Source: Bacteroidales bacterium (GTDB lineage: Bacteria; Bacteroidota; Bacteroidia; Bacteroidales; VadinHA17). Taken from it: a stretch of DNA of 64,000 nt. Shown here piece after piece: positions 35,597-45,605 of this stretch. The notes below the pieces were generated by a model. That model was given only the letters and a program-made list of their open reading frames with translations. It was not told the DNA's origin and did no database searches. Position 1 is the stretch's first letter; each line of letters starts with the position of its first letter. Made by a program: the position numbers and the translations under genes. The stretch covers positions 2,252 through 66,251 of the forward strand of contig JARGFQ010000010.1 in the NCBI GenBank assembly GCA_029210565.1. The letters are read 5' to 3'.

Positions 35597-38500
35597 ATGA
35601 AAATGAGAGCTGATTTTTTGTTCGAAACGAGCTGGGAGGTATGCAATAAGGTTGGGGGTATCTATACTGTAATCTCCACCAAGGCACTGAATGTAGCCAA
35701 TGAGTTCGGCGACAACTATATTTTGATAGGGCCTGATGTATGGCGTGATGACAGTTCAAACCCGGAGTTCGCTCCTGATGAGAGCATGTACCTTCCCTGG
35801 AAGGCTGTGGCAGCACAGGAGGGGCTGAACGTAAAGACGGGTAGATGGAACATAAAAGGCAATCCCCGGGTGATGCTTATTGATTTTACTCCCTATTTCG
35901 GGCAGCAGAATGAGGTTTTCGCCCGTTTCTGGGAGACATACCAGCTTGACAGCATATCCGGTCAGTGGGATTATGTTGAACCTGCACTGTTCGGTTATGC
36001 AGCTGGCAAGGTCATCGAGAGCTTCACCACATTCTACCGTGAATATCCGAAGGTCATCGCGCAGTTCCACGAGTGGATGACAGGCATGGGTGTTCTGTAC
36101 CTTGAAGAGCACGCGCCATGGATCACCACCTCCTTCACCACCCATGCAACCGTTCTCGGACGCAGCATTGCCGGCAACAACCGGAAGCTCTACAGCAGGC
36201 TCAATGAGTTCAGTCCTGAACAGACAGCCCATGAGTTCAATGTCATCTCAAAGCAGTCTCTCGAGAGGATCAGTGCCGAACAGGCTGATGTGTTCACCAC
36301 CGTCAGTGAGATCACAGGGCGCGAATGTGAGGTATTCCTCGGCAAGAAGCCAGACATCATCACTCCCAACGGATTTGAGGATTCCTTTGTGCCGGCTGCG
36401 GAGGAGTTCGATGAGGCACGGAAGGCGGCGAGAGACAAGCTGTTGTCTGTTGCCGGTGCCCTCCTGGGGCAGGAACTGCCTGAGGATACCCTGCTGATCT
36501 CCACCAGCGGAAGATATGAGTACAGGAACAAGGGTATCGATCTCTTCCTCTCATCGCTTGGGGAGATCAACCGCAAGGCAGATAGTGAACGAATATGCGT
36601 AGCTTTCATCCTGGTACCGGCATATCACAAGGGACCCAGGCATGATCTTCTTGCCGCGATGAACGACGGCACAAAAATCACCGACAGTGACAGGTACTTA
36701 ACCCACGGACTTCACTATGTGCATGATGACCCGGTGATCAACCAGCTCAGGCGTGAGAACATTCTCAACAGCCCGGAAGAGAAGGTGAAGGTGATCTTCG
36801 TTCCCTCGTACCTCAACGGTAATGACGGCATAATTAACATCTCATACTTTGACCTCCTGATCGGGTTTGACCTGACAGTCTATCCTTCGTACTATGAGCC
36901 ATGGGGTTACACCCCCCTCGAGAGCCTCATGTTCCGGATACCTACCGTAACCACCAATCTGTCGGGGTTCGGTATGTGGATAAACACCTATTTCACGAAC
37001 CCCGGTGACGGTTGCCTGGTGCTTGACCGTACCGATGACAATGAGCCGGAGGTTATAAAGGGTATGGAACAGTTCATCCGCAGGTTTTTGCAGATGAGTC
37101 CCGAAGAGTTCCAGTCTGCCAGGGAGAAAGCATGGGAGGTATCGCGAATAGCCAACTGGAACACCCTCTTCCACTACTACACCGACGCCTACGCAATGGC
37201 GCTGGAAGGGAGCACCGAGCGCCGCGAACAGCCAAGGGAGTATGCACGCATCCTCGAGGCTACGGAACTGCCGGTGAGCAAGCCCCGGCAGGCGCCGGTA
37301 TGGAAGGACATCTATGTTCAGTCAGAGCTGCCTGAGCGCCTGAGCTATCTCAAGGAGCTTGCAGGCAACCTGTGGTGGTCATGGAACAGTGATGCCGAGT
37401 TTCTATTCCGCCGCCTGGACCCGACGCTATGGGAACATGTGGGGCATAACCCCAAGAGACTGCTTGAGGCGATAGATTACAAACGTCTTGTGGTGCTTGC
37501 CGATGATGAGGCCTTTCTTAAGGATTCCGACAGGATTTACAAGGAGTTTACCGATTATATGGCCAGGCCTGAGATCGCCGGACAGCCGTCGGTAGCTTAC
37601 TTCAGCATGGAGTACGGCATCCATCCGAGCCTGAAGATCTATTCGGGAGGACTGGGGGTACTTGCCGGCGACTATCTCAAGGAGGCCAGCGATTCGAATG
37701 TCCGCATCACAGGCTTCGGGCTGCTGTACCGTTTCGGGTACTTCAGGCAGAAGCTCGGTCCCAGGGGTGAGCAGCAGGCTACCTATGAGGCTGAGGATTT
37801 TTCACAGCTGCCAGTGACCCTCGTTAAGAATGAAGATGGCAATCCGCTGACCATACAGCTTACATGGCCGGGGCGCATTGTCAAGGCACACATATGGCTG
37901 GCCTCTGTCGGTAAGGTGAAGCTCTACCTTCTGGATACCGATTTTGAGGAAAACACCATTGAAGACAGGGCCATAACCCACCACCTCTACGGCGGTGACT
38001 CAGAAAACAGGCTCAAGCAGGAGCTTATCCTGGGTATCGGGGGCATGCGTGCCCTCATAGCCCTGGGCATAAAACCTGACGTATACCACAGCAATGAGGG
38101 ACACTCGGCATTCATCGGCTTTGAAAGGATGCGTCATCTCATTGAGGATGAACACCTCACCTTTGAGGAATCGATGGAGATAATCAGGGCCTCAACCCTC
38201 TTCACCACTCATACCCCGGTGCCGGCAGGGCATGACGCTTTTGAGGAGGACCTGCTAAGAAAATACATCTCTCACTATCATGCCAGGCTAAATATCAGCT
38301 GGGAGCAGCTGATGGCACTCGGACGCTCAAATGACGAGTATGACCGCAAGTTCAACATGAGTTACCTGGCAACGCGACTCTCGCAGGAGATGAACGGTGT
38401 CAGCCAGCTGCACGGCCACGTCTCACGCGGACTCTTCTCGAAACTGTGGCCAGGCTATCTCCGTGATGAGCTTTATATCGGCCATGTCACCAACGGCGTC

Positions 38501-39826
38501 CATCACCCGACATGGGTGGCCCCGGAGTGGGAACATGTATATGAGCAGATAACAGGACAGAAGCACTTAGAACAGGGCGACCGCGAGCAGTGGGCGAAGA
38601 TATATAAGGTGGAGGACGAAAACGTATTTGAAATCAAGATGAAGCTCAAAAAGCGACTCTTCGACCATATCCGCAAGCGGCTGCAGTCTGACATGCTCGA
38701 GAGACATGTAAGTCCCCGTACGCTGATGAATATCAGCTCCCACCTCAACGAGAAGGCACTTACCATCGGTTTTGCACGCAGATTCGCCACCTATAAGAGA
38801 GCCACCCTGCTGTTCCGTGATCTTGACAGGCTCGAGAAGATAGTCAATAATCCCGAGAGGCCGGTACAGTTTGTCTTTGCCGGGAAGGCCCACCCCAATG
38901 ATGGGGGAGGACAGGAGCTCATAAGGCGCATCAATGAGGTGTCGCAGATGCCCCGTTTTGCCGGCAAGGTGCTGTTCCTTGAGAATTATGACATGGAGCT
39001 GGCGCGATACCTGGTGCGGGGTGTTGACATCTGGATGAACACTCCTACACGTCCCCTGGAAGCCTCAGGCACCAGCGGCGAGAAGGGCGTAATGAATGGA
39101 ACACTGCACTTCAGCGTCCTCGACGGATGGTGGGTGGAGGGATATCATGCCTTTGCCGGATGGGCACTGCCCAAAAAGCGCGTTTACGCCAACCAGGATC
39201 TGCAGGACGATGTGGATGCAGAGACCATCTACAACATGCTGGAGTTTGAGATCATACCTGCATACTACTCGCGTGACAATGACGGCGTACCGCGTGAATG
39301 GGTCAGCTATATCAAGAACACCATGGTGAAGGTGGCCCCCGAGTTTACCTCCCGCCGGATGCTCAACGACTACCTGGAGAAATATTACAGAAAGCTCCAT
39401 GAGAGGAGCAGGCTCATGCTGGCAGACAACTATGCGATGGCACGGGAGCTGGCCGACTGGAAGAGCAACATCACCAGAGTATGGGATGAGATTGAGATCG
39501 TTAAATACGATCTGGGCGATGCTACGAGGAATGTCTACCGTTCAGGCCATCCCTACACCACGGAGATAGTGCTCGACATCAAGAATATCCCACCGGAATA
39601 TGTTGGTGTGGAGATGGTGATCACCCGGTTGCTGAAGAATGGCGAATATGCCTTCTTCGCCAGCAAGGAGTTCAAATATGTAAGCGGCAAGAAGGGAAGA
39701 GTGATCTACAGTGTCGAGTTCCAGCCCGAGATGGCCGGGACCTTCTTTTACGGCATTCGCATATATGCCAAACATGAAGCCCTGCCGCACCGTCAGGACT
39801 TCTGTCTGCTGAGATGGGTTGACTGA
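35597..39826 (+). CDS. fusion protein: GT3 (eukaryote-type) glycogen synthase plus GT35 alpha-glucan phosphorylase
   Basis: A single uninterrupted 1409-aa ORF. N-terminal FETSWEVCNKVGGIYTV (GT3). From about residue 570, WKDIYVQSELPERLSYLKELAGNLWWSWN, FSMEYGIHPSLKIYSGGLGVLAGDYLKEASD and EASGTSGEKGVMNG (phosphorylase / PLP region). Confidence 0.8.
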   Translation: MKMRADFLFETSWEVCNKVGGIYTVISTKALNVANEFGDNYILIGPDVWRDDSSNPEFAPDESMYLPWKAVAAQEGLNVKTGRWNIKGNPRVMLIDFTPYFGQQNEVFARFWETYQLDSISGQWDYVEPALFGYAAGKVIESFTTFYREYPKVIAQFHEWMTGMGVLYLEEHAPWITTSFTTHATVLGRSIAGNNRKLYSRLNEFSPEQTAHEFNVISKQSLERISAEQADVFTTVSEITGRECEVFLGKKPDIITPNGFEDSFVPAAEEFDEARKAARDKLLSVAGALLGQELPEDTLLISTSGRYEYRNKGIDLFLSSLGEINRKADSERICVAFILVPAYHKGPRHDLLAAMNDGTKITDSDRYLTHGLHYVHDDPVINQLRRENILNSPEEKVKVIFVPSYLNGNDGIINISYFDLLIGFDLTVYPSYYEPWGYTPLESLMFRIPTVTTNLSGFGMWINTYFTNPGDGCLVLDRTDDNEPEVIKGMEQFIRRFLQMSPEEFQSAREKAWEVSRIANWNTLFHYYTDAYAMALEGSTERREQPREYARILEATELPVSKPRQAPVWKDIYVQSELPERLSYLKELAGNLWWSWNSDAEFLFRRLDPTLWEHVGHNPKRLLEAIDYKRLVVLADDEAFLKDSDRIYKEFTDYMARPEIAGQPSVAYFSMEYGIHPSLKIYSGGLGVLAGDYLKEASDSNVRITGFGLLYRFGYFRQKLGPRGEQQATYEAEDFSQLPVTLVKNEDGNPLTIQLTWPGRIVKAHIWLASVGKVKLYLLDTDFEENTIEDRAITHHLYGGDSENRLKQELILGIGGMRALIALGIKPDVYHSNEGHSAFIGFERMRHLIEDEHLTFEESMEIIRASTLFTTHTPVPAGHDAFEEDLLRKYISHYHARLNISWEQLMALGRSNDEYDRKFNMSYLATRLSQEMNGVSQLHGHVSRGLFSKLWPGYLRDELYIGHVTNGVHHPTWVAPEWEHVYEQITGQKHLEQGDREQWAKIYKVEDENVFEIKMKLKKRLFDHIRKRLQSDMLERHVSPRTLMNISSHLNEKALTIGFARRFATYKRATLLFRDLDRLEKIVNNPERPVQFVFAGKAHPNDGGGQELIRRINEVSQMPRFAGKVLFLENYDMELARYLVRGVDIWMNTPTRPLEASGTSGEKGVMNGTLHFSVLDGWWVEGYHAFAGWALPKKRVYANQDLQDDVDAETIYNMLEFEIIPAYYSRDNDGVPREWVSYIKNTMVKVAPEFTSRRMLNDYLEKYYRKLHERSRLMLADNYAMARELADWKSNITRVWDEIEIVKYDLGDATRNVYRSGHPYTTEIVLDIKNIPPEYVGVEMVITRLLKNGEYAFFASKEFKYVSGKKGRVIYSVEFQPEMAGTFFYGIRIYAKHEALPHRQDFCLLRWVD

Positions 39827-39827
39827 G

Positions 39828-41843
39828 TTACAGTTCGCTGATGCTTCTTACCCTTTCCTGCCTCAACACGATAGCAGTACGGGCAGGAACGTAGAGCCTG
39901 AGGTGATGTGGTGCCGTAACCCCGTATTTCCCCCTGTCAGGCAGAGAGAAGTAGGACTGGCTTGAGTCTATGCGTCCCTGTCCGCCGAATAGCGGATCGT
40001 CAGTATCAAGTATGATCCTGAATTTGCCTTTAACCTCTATACCGTAGTCGGTGAATGAAACTGTCGGGTTGAAGTTCATGACTGTAATGAGCTCCCCGCG
40101 TCTGAAGGCTATGATTTTGTCAGCGTTGTTAAGTGTCAGGGTTTCGGTAAACTGTGTCTGTGGCAGGCCGTGTCTGACTCCTGCCTCTATCATTGCCCTG
40201 TCAAACTCATCGAGATACCGGTAGCGGAGAAGCTCATTTTCAGCCAGGCTCCATTGCCGGCGTGCATACTTGTAGCTCCATCCGTTGCCCTCCCTGGGAA
40301 AATCGATCCACTCCGGATGCCCGAACTCGTTACCCATGAAGGTGAGGTATCCTCCACCGGCGGCAATGAAGGTAAAAAGCCTTATCATCTTATGCAGTGC
40401 CACTGCACGGTCTATCACCAGGCTTGGGGTGTGGATGCTCATGGATGTGTACATCTCTTTGTCTGCCAGCCTGAATATCAGGGTTTTGTCTCCTACAAGT
40501 GCCTGGTCGTGCGACTCGCAGTAGGAGACAACACGTTCTTCAGGCCGGTGCTGGGTGAGCTCGTGAAGAAGATATCCCAGATCCCAGTTCTCATCCGGTA
40601 TCTCCTTCACCATCTTGATCCAGATATCGGGTACCCCCATTGCAAGGCGGTAGTCGAACCCGATGCCTCCTGCGGACAGCGGTGCTGCCAGCCCGGGCAT
40701 GCCGCTCATCTCCTCGGCCACGGTGGTGGCATCAGGGTCAAACTCATGGATCAGCTTGTTGGCGAGCGTGAGATAGACGATAGCGTCACCGTCCTGGTTG
40801 CCGTTGAAGTATTGGCTGTATGATACGAAGTCGGACCCCAGGCCGTGGTCATAGTAGAGCATGCTTGTGATACCGTCGAAGCGGAAGCCGTCAAACCGGT
40901 ACTCTTCGAGCCAGTACTTGCAGTTCGACAGCAACAGGTGGGTCACCTTAGGTTTGCCGTAGTCATAGCAGAGTGAGTCCCATGCCACATGCTTGCGGCG
41001 GTCCCCGGCATGAAAGTAGAGCCCCGGGTCACCGTCGAGCAGACCCAGTCCTTCCAGAGTGTTGGCCACGGCATGTGAATGGACAAGGTCCATGATTACT
41101 CTGAGTCCCATGCCGTGCGCGGTGTCTATCAGCTCCCTGAGCTCATCAGGGGTACCGAAACGTGATGAGGCGGCAAAGAGACTCGATACATGGTACCCGA
41201 ACGACCCGTAATAAGGATGTTCCTGCACGGCCATGAGCTGTACGGTATTGTATCCCAGACGTTTTATCCGCGGCAGCACTGTACGGGTAAACTCGCGGTA
41301 GCTACCGGTCCTCTCCTCCTCGGTGGCCATGCCCACATGAGCCTCATAGACAAGGAGTGAGGGCGGGGGAGGAGGCGAGGGGTGCTTCATGTGGTAGCCC
41401 TCTGCCGGCTGCCACACCTGTGCTGAAAATATCTTGGTATCCTCATCCTGAACGGTACGGGTGGCGTAGGCCGGTATACGCTCGCCGATTCCGCCCTTCC
41501 ATCTCACTATCATCTTGTAGAGGTCACCGTGAGCGAACATCGACTCTTCATAATGCCCTTCCCAGTCACCCTCACCTACCCTGGTGAGACGGTAACGGTC
41601 ATCCTCCTTCCAGTCGCCGAAAGTGCCGACAAGTGTTATGTCTGTGGCGTTGGGAGCATGCTCCCTGAAGAGCCATCCGTCATCGGTGTGGTGAAGCCCG
41701 TACCAGTGATGCCCGTTGGCAAAGTCAGTAAGGGAGCTCCCTTCTGTGATGAAAACCTCGCGGTCACGCTGGTATTTCATCCGCGCTTCAATGATACCCT
41801 TGAAGGGATCAAGCCAGGGGTCAATATCGTAAAATCTTTTCAT
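39828..41843 (-). CDS. glgB: 1,4-alpha-glucan branching enzyme (GH13)
   Basis: 671 aa. GH13 catalytic regions VIMDLVHSH, GFRFDGITSM, AEEMSG and CESHD. Confidence 0.85.
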   Translation of the reverse strand: MKRFYDIDPWLDPFKGIIEARMKYQRDREVFITEGSSLTDFANGHHWYGLHHTDDGWLFREHAPNATDITLVGTFGDWKEDDRYRLTRVGEGDWEGHYEESMFAHGDLYKMIVRWKGGIGERIPAYATRTVQDEDTKIFSAQVWQPAEGYHMKHPSPPPPPSLLVYEAHVGMATEEERTGSYREFTRTVLPRIKRLGYNTVQLMAVQEHPYYGSFGYHVSSLFAASSRFGTPDELRELIDTAHGMGLRVIMDLVHSHAVANTLEGLGLLDGDPGLYFHAGDRRKHVAWDSLCYDYGKPKVTHLLLSNCKYWLEEYRFDGFRFDGITSMLYYDHGLGSDFVSYSQYFNGNQDGDAIVYLTLANKLIHEFDPDATTVAEEMSGMPGLAAPLSAGGIGFDYRLAMGVPDIWIKMVKEIPDENWDLGYLLHELTQHRPEERVVSYCESHDQALVGDKTLIFRLADKEMYTSMSIHTPSLVIDRAVALHKMIRLFTFIAAGGGYLTFMGNEFGHPEWIDFPREGNGWSYKYARRQWSLAENELLRYRYLDEFDRAMIEAGVRHGLPQTQFTETLTLNNADKIIAFRRGELITVMNFNPTVSFTDYGIEVKGKFRIILDTDDPLFGGQGRIDSSQSYFSLPDRGKYGVTAPHHLRLYVPARTAIVLRQERVRSISEL

Positions 41844-41924
41844 TCGCGGGGAGAATATTTATTCTGTTGCTTGAATGGAGTTTGAATGAAACCTGACATT
41901 TCAAATTTTTATGCGGTCTGCTGC

Positions 41925-41942
41925 TCATGCAAGTTTCATGTC
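41925..41942 (+). repeat. 18-mer TCATGCAAGTTTCATGTC containing the 13-mer motif
   Basis: Identical 18-mer at 62236..62253. Located in the divergent glgB/ribF intergenic region. Confidence 0.8.
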
Positions 41943-42019
41943 ACATAATATCTTTACTAAATTACAAAAATTGAGCTATGCTTTGCAGTCTTTATTAATT
42001 TTGCCCCTGCCGTAAAGTT

Positions 42020-42976
42020 ATGCAGGTACACTACGACTATAAGAATATCAGATTCAGAAAACCCGTGGTCACCATGGGTGTCTTTGACGGCGTTCACCTG
42101 GGCCACTGCATGCTCCTGCGCCGTGTGACGGAGGAGGCCGCCAGCCGTGGTTCCGATGCTGTGGCCGTTACCTTTGATCCCCACCCGCGTATTGTCCTTA
42201 CCGGCGACCCTTCGCACCTTCGCTTCCTTACAGACATTGAGGAGAGGGTTGACCTGATGCGGGCGACAGGCCTAGACCACCTGGTGATAATACCTTTTAC
42301 GCGTGAGCTGAGCCGCATGACCGCCTGCGAGTTTGTGGAGGCTGTACTCTTTCGGCACCTGGGCGTCAGCCATCTTGTGACAGGGTTTGACCATCATTTC
42401 GGAAACAGGCACAAGGGTAACAGCACCACTGTCACCGACTGTTCCGCCAGGCTGGGGTTCAGTGTCTCAAGAGAAGAGGCCTTCATGATAGCAGGAGAGG
42501 CTGTCAGCTCCACCGGCATAAGACGAGTTCTGGAGAGGGGAGAGGTGAAAAAAGCCGCGATAATGCTCGGATATGAATACTCGGCAAGAGGCAGGGTGGT
42601 CTCAGGCAAACGGATTGGCCGAAACATTGGCTTCCCTACGGCAAATATCTCCCCGCACTTCCGGTATAAACTGATACCCGCCTCGGGCGTCTATGCCGTG
42701 GAGGTGTTGGTTGAAGATGACCCGCAGTGGCATATTGCCATGCTGAACATCGGGCTCCGGCCTACAATAAGTGATAACGATGGGCAGAGCACTATTGAAG
42801 CCCACCTGATTGACTTCGGCTCAGACCTGTACGGTAAGAATGTGACCGTAAGGTTCCGTGAGAGGCTGCGCGATGAGATGAAGTTTGAAAATGTTGAGGC
42901 TCTTGTTGCGCAGCTCCAGAGGGACAGGGAGATGACGATCAGGCTGCTGCGGTCATCAACAGGGACGGTGAGATAA
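42020..42976 (+). CDS. ribF: bifunctional riboflavin kinase / FAD synthetase
   Basis: N-terminus VVTMGVFDGVHLGH and TFDPHP. C-terminal GFPTANI ... riboflavin kinase domain. Confidence 0.9.
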   Translation: MQVHYDYKNIRFRKPVVTMGVFDGVHLGHCMLLRRVTEEAASRGSDAVAVTFDPHPRIVLTGDPSHLRFLTDIEERVDLMRATGLDHLVIIPFTRELSRMTACEFVEAVLFRHLGVSHLVTGFDHHFGNRHKGNSTTVTDCSARLGFSVSREEAFMIAGEAVSSTGIRRVLERGEVKKAAIMLGYEYSARGRVVSGKRIGRNIGFPTANISPHFRYKLIPASGVYAVEVLVEDDPQWHIAMLNIGLRPTISDNDGQSTIEAHLIDFGSDLYGKNVTVRFRERLRDEMKFENVEALVAQLQRDREMTIRLLRSSTGTVR

Positions 42977-43061
42977 TACTCATGCTGCTGTATTACTGAA
43001 TATGGAGAGAGAGATGACACTCAATTTGTTGCACCCTTGAACAAATATCACTCTTTTTAGT

Positions 43062-43069
43062 TATCTTTG
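43062..43069 (+). promoter_or_regulatory. Bacteroidota -7 promoter box TATCTTTG upstream of ahcY
   Basis: Matches TAnnTTTG and is followed by CAG, 21 nt before the ATG at 43090. An upstream TTTG lies at 43025..43028. Confidence 0.5.
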
Positions 43070-43089
43070 CAGACCTAAAAAACAGATAT

Positions 43090-44505
43090 ATGTCATTCAT
43101 AAATCATGAACTTCCGTATAAGGTAAAGGATATCGGGCTGGCAAGCTTTGGCCGCAAGGAGATTGAGATTGCGGAGAAGGAGATGCCCGGACTGCTCTCA
43201 CTCAGGAAAAAGTATTCGGCGGAAAAGCCGCTTAAGGGCGCCAGGATCACCGGCTCATTGCACATGACGATACAGACGGCCGTGCTTATAGAGACACTGA
43301 GGGAACTCGGTGCCGATGTGCGCTGGGCGAGTTGCAATATATTTTCTACACAGGACCATGCCGCGGCAGCCATTGCTGCTGAGGGCATCCCGGTCTTTGC
43401 CTGGAAGGGTGAGACACTCGAGGAGTACTGGTGGAGCACCGCACAGGCGCTCTCATTCCCTGACGGGAAAGGTCCGCACCTTATCGTGGACGACGGAGGT
43501 GATGCCTCACTCCTGGTGCATATGGGGTACAAGGCTGAGAAAGACCCGTCGGCACTTGATGCCACTTCCTCAAACAGGGAAGAGGGTATCATATTCGATA
43601 CGCTGAAGAGTATACTGGCGGAAGATCAAACCAAATGGCAAAGGACAGTCAGGGAGATGAAGGGTATCTCAGAGGAGACCACCACCGGTGTGCACAGGCT
43701 CTACCAGATGCTTGAGGCCGGTGAACTGCTCGTACCTGCCATCAATGTGAACGACTCTGTCACCAAAAGTAAGTTTGACAATCTGTACGGCTGCCGCGAG
43801 TCACTTGCCGACGGCATCAAGAGGGCTACGGATGTGATGATTGCAGGCAAGGTGGTGGTTGTGTGCGGATACGGCGACGTGGGTAAGGGATCGGCACGCT
43901 CAATGCGCTCATACGGTGCCAGGGTTATTGTCACCGAGATAGATCCCATATGCGCACTGCAGGCTGCCATGGAAGGATTTGAGGTAAAGACGGTGGAGGA
44001 GACTCTGCCTGAGGCGAACATCTTTGTCACCGCAACCGGGAACCGCGACGTCATCACCATTGAACACATGGAGAAGATGAAGGACCAGGCTATCGTCTGC
44101 AACATCGGGCACTTTGACAACGAGATACAGGTTGATGCCCTCAATGATTACAAGGGTATCACCAAGATCAACATCAAACCACAGGTAGACAAGTACGTTT
44201 TTCCTGACGGTCATGCCATCTTCATGCTGGCAGAAGGAAGGCTGGTGAACCTTGGCTGTGCCACGGGCCACCCGTCGTTTGTGATGAGCAACTCATTCAG
44301 CAACCAGATGCTTGCACAGATCGATCTCTGGACCAACAACTATGAAATAGCCGTTTACAGGCTGCCGAAACATCTTGATGAGGAGGTTGCCCGCCTTCAC
44401 CTGGCGCAGCTCGGTGTGCATCTTACGAAGATGACCGCGAAGCAGGCCGATTATATAGGCGTCCCCCCTGAGGGGCCCTACAAGCCTGATCATTACAGGT
44501 ACTAG
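43090..44505 (+). CDS. ahcY: adenosylhomocysteinase
   Basis: [42 protein letters not shown] and NAD site [13 protein letters not shown]-terminal ..PYKPDHYRY. Confidence 0.95.
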   Translation: MSFINHELPYKVKDIGLASFGRKEIEIAEKEMPGLLSLRKKYSAEKPLKGARITGSLHMTIQTAVLIETLRELGADVRWASCNIFSTQDHAAAAIAAEGIPVFAWKGETLEEYWWSTAQALSFPDGKGPHLIVDDGGDASLLVHMGYKAEKDPSALDATSSNREEGIIFDTLKSILAEDQTKWQRTVREMKGISEETTTGVHRLYQMLEAGELLVPAINVNDSVTKSKFDNLYGCRESLADGIKRATDVMIAGKVVVVCGYGDVGKGSARSMRSYGARVIVTEIDPICALQAAMEGFEVKTVEETLPEANIFVTATGNRDVITIEHMEKMKDQAIVCNIGHFDNEIQVDALNDYKGITKINIKPQVDKYVFPDGHAIFMLAEGRLVNLGCATGHPSFVMSNSFSNQMLAQIDLWTNNYEIAVYRLPKHLDEEVARLHLAQLGVHLTKMTAKQADYIGVPPEGPYKPDHYRY

Positions 44506-44553
44506 AGAATACTATTGTCCGGTTGAGGCCCTGCAAGCCTGATCATTACAGGT
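44474..44553 (+). repeat. direct repeat: the last 27 nt of the ahcY coding sequence duplicated 53 bp downstream
   Basis: GGCCCTACAAGCCTGATCATTACAGGT (44474..44500) versus GGCCCTGCAAGCCTGATCATTACAGGT (44527..44553): 26 of 27 identical. Confidence 0.85.
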
Positions 44554-44564
44554 GCCAGGGAAGA

Positions 44565-45050
44565 TTATTTCCTGTTCCAGACCCTGACGGAGTTACCGCT
44601 GAAGGCTGTGCGGTAGTTCTTAAGGTAGTATTGTCCCGGTCCGGAATAAGGCTGGCCTGTTTGAGCCAGAGAGTAGTTCGTAGTGCATCTCGGGCATATT
44701 GCAAATACCCCGTCAATATTGACAGCCACGCTGGCAGCTTCAGTGACATAACAGTGTGGACAGGTCCGGTCATAGGCATAATATTCAAACCCCTGAAAGC
44801 CCGTGTTATATATGATGACGCCGTTACCGTCAAAGCCTCCTGTACCCAGGCCAAGGTGCCTGTGTGCCGAGGATAAAAGAGCGCTGGTGCTCGGAGCGTA
44901 GAAAAGGTCAAAAAACTCCGGGTTGGAGGCAAAAACCGTGAAATCGACGGTAATATCAGGGATAACCTCATTTTTATCACTGTTACATGCCGTTAAGAAC
45001 AGCATGGTTGCGGTGATGAGGAAAAAAAGCCTTATTTTTATACCTGACAT
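44565..45050 (-). CDS. hypothetical lipoprotein with paired CPHC / CPRC motifs (Rieske-like or zinc-ribbon-like)
   Basis: Lipobox LFLTAC. C-terminal domain ..DRTCPHCY...FAICPRCTTNY. Confidence 0.5.
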   Translation of the reverse strand: MSGIKIRLFFLITATMLFLTACNSDKNEVIPDITVDFTVFASNPEFFDLFYAPSTSALLSSAHRHLGLGTGGFDGNGVIIYNTGFQGFEYYAYDRTCPHCYVTEAASVAVNIDGVFAICPRCTTNYSLAQTGQPYSGPGQYYLKNYRTAFSGNSVRVWNRK

Positions 45051-45112
45051 ATCAGAATCAACGTTTGTAAATGTAGTTAATTCTCTTTTGTAAGCTACAA
45101 TTGCGTAACGAA

Positions 45113-45601
45113 ATGGATTTTAAATTAGTATTTTTAAGGTTTCTGGTTGTGGCGGGGTTGCTCCTGTTTGTCGTTCCGTCTGACGATTGCTATGCTCAGC
45201 GCAATGCCACCCGCAAGTTTGAGAGGGAGGTGTTCGGTAAAACACGGAAGGGCCCGCAGTCAAATGACGGCATCAAGGCACGCGGAGCAGCTGCCAGAGC
45301 CATGAAGGAGCAGGATAAGAAGGAAGCCAGGCGAGAGAGGGAGGATAAAAAGGCTCTGAAGGAGCTCAGAAGGCAGCATTATGAAAGTCAGAGTGCTGCA
45401 ACCAGGGAGAGGATGGACAACAACAGCCGTCTGACTGAAGAGCGGTACAAGGCCAAAAAGCTGAAAACGAAAAAAGAGCAGAAAAAGCCGGACCTGAAGA
45501 AACCGGTTCAGCCAAAGCCCCCGAAGGATAAGAAAAAGGTCAAGACAAAGGACCCGAAGAAACAACCTAAACTGAAGCAATACAAGATAAAGAAATATTG
45601 A
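45113..45601 (+). CDS. hypothetical secreted, extremely Lys/Glu-rich protein
   Basis: Signal-like N-terminus MDFKLVFLRFLVVAGLLLFVVPSDDCYA followed by about 130 aa of K/E/R-rich low-complexity sequence. Confidence 0.5.
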   Translation: MDFKLVFLRFLVVAGLLLFVVPSDDCYAQRNATRKFEREVFGKTRKGPQSNDGIKARGAAARAMKEQDKKEARREREDKKALKELRRQHYESQSAATRERMDNNSRLTEERYKAKKLKTKKEQKKPDLKKPVQPKPPKDKKKVKTKDPKKQPKLKQYKIKKY

Positions 45602-45605
45602 CATT

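Noticed and set aside
35142-35816. 224-aa and 120-aa minus-strand ORFs opposite the GH57 tail
   Set aside because: Same artefact. The antisense of AAG/GCN-rich repeats gives long open frames without meaning.
41927-41974. Short ORFs beginning MQV(S/L/P).. at each copy of the 13-mer motif, read as possible leader peptides
   Set aside because: Only the first 3-5 codons are shared, which is the motif itself. Lengths and downstream sequences differ, one copy is in reverse orientation, and one lies between convergent genes. A DNA- or RNA-level motif is the more parsimonious explanation.
42977-43089. SAH or SAM riboswitch upstream of ahcY (also checked: the 14591..14641 leader of the homocysteine operon)
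   Set aside because: The ahcY upstream region is short and AT-rich. It contains a TATCTTTG promoter box only 21 nt from the ATG, leaving no room for a structured aptamer. The homocysteine operon leader is only ~50 nt.
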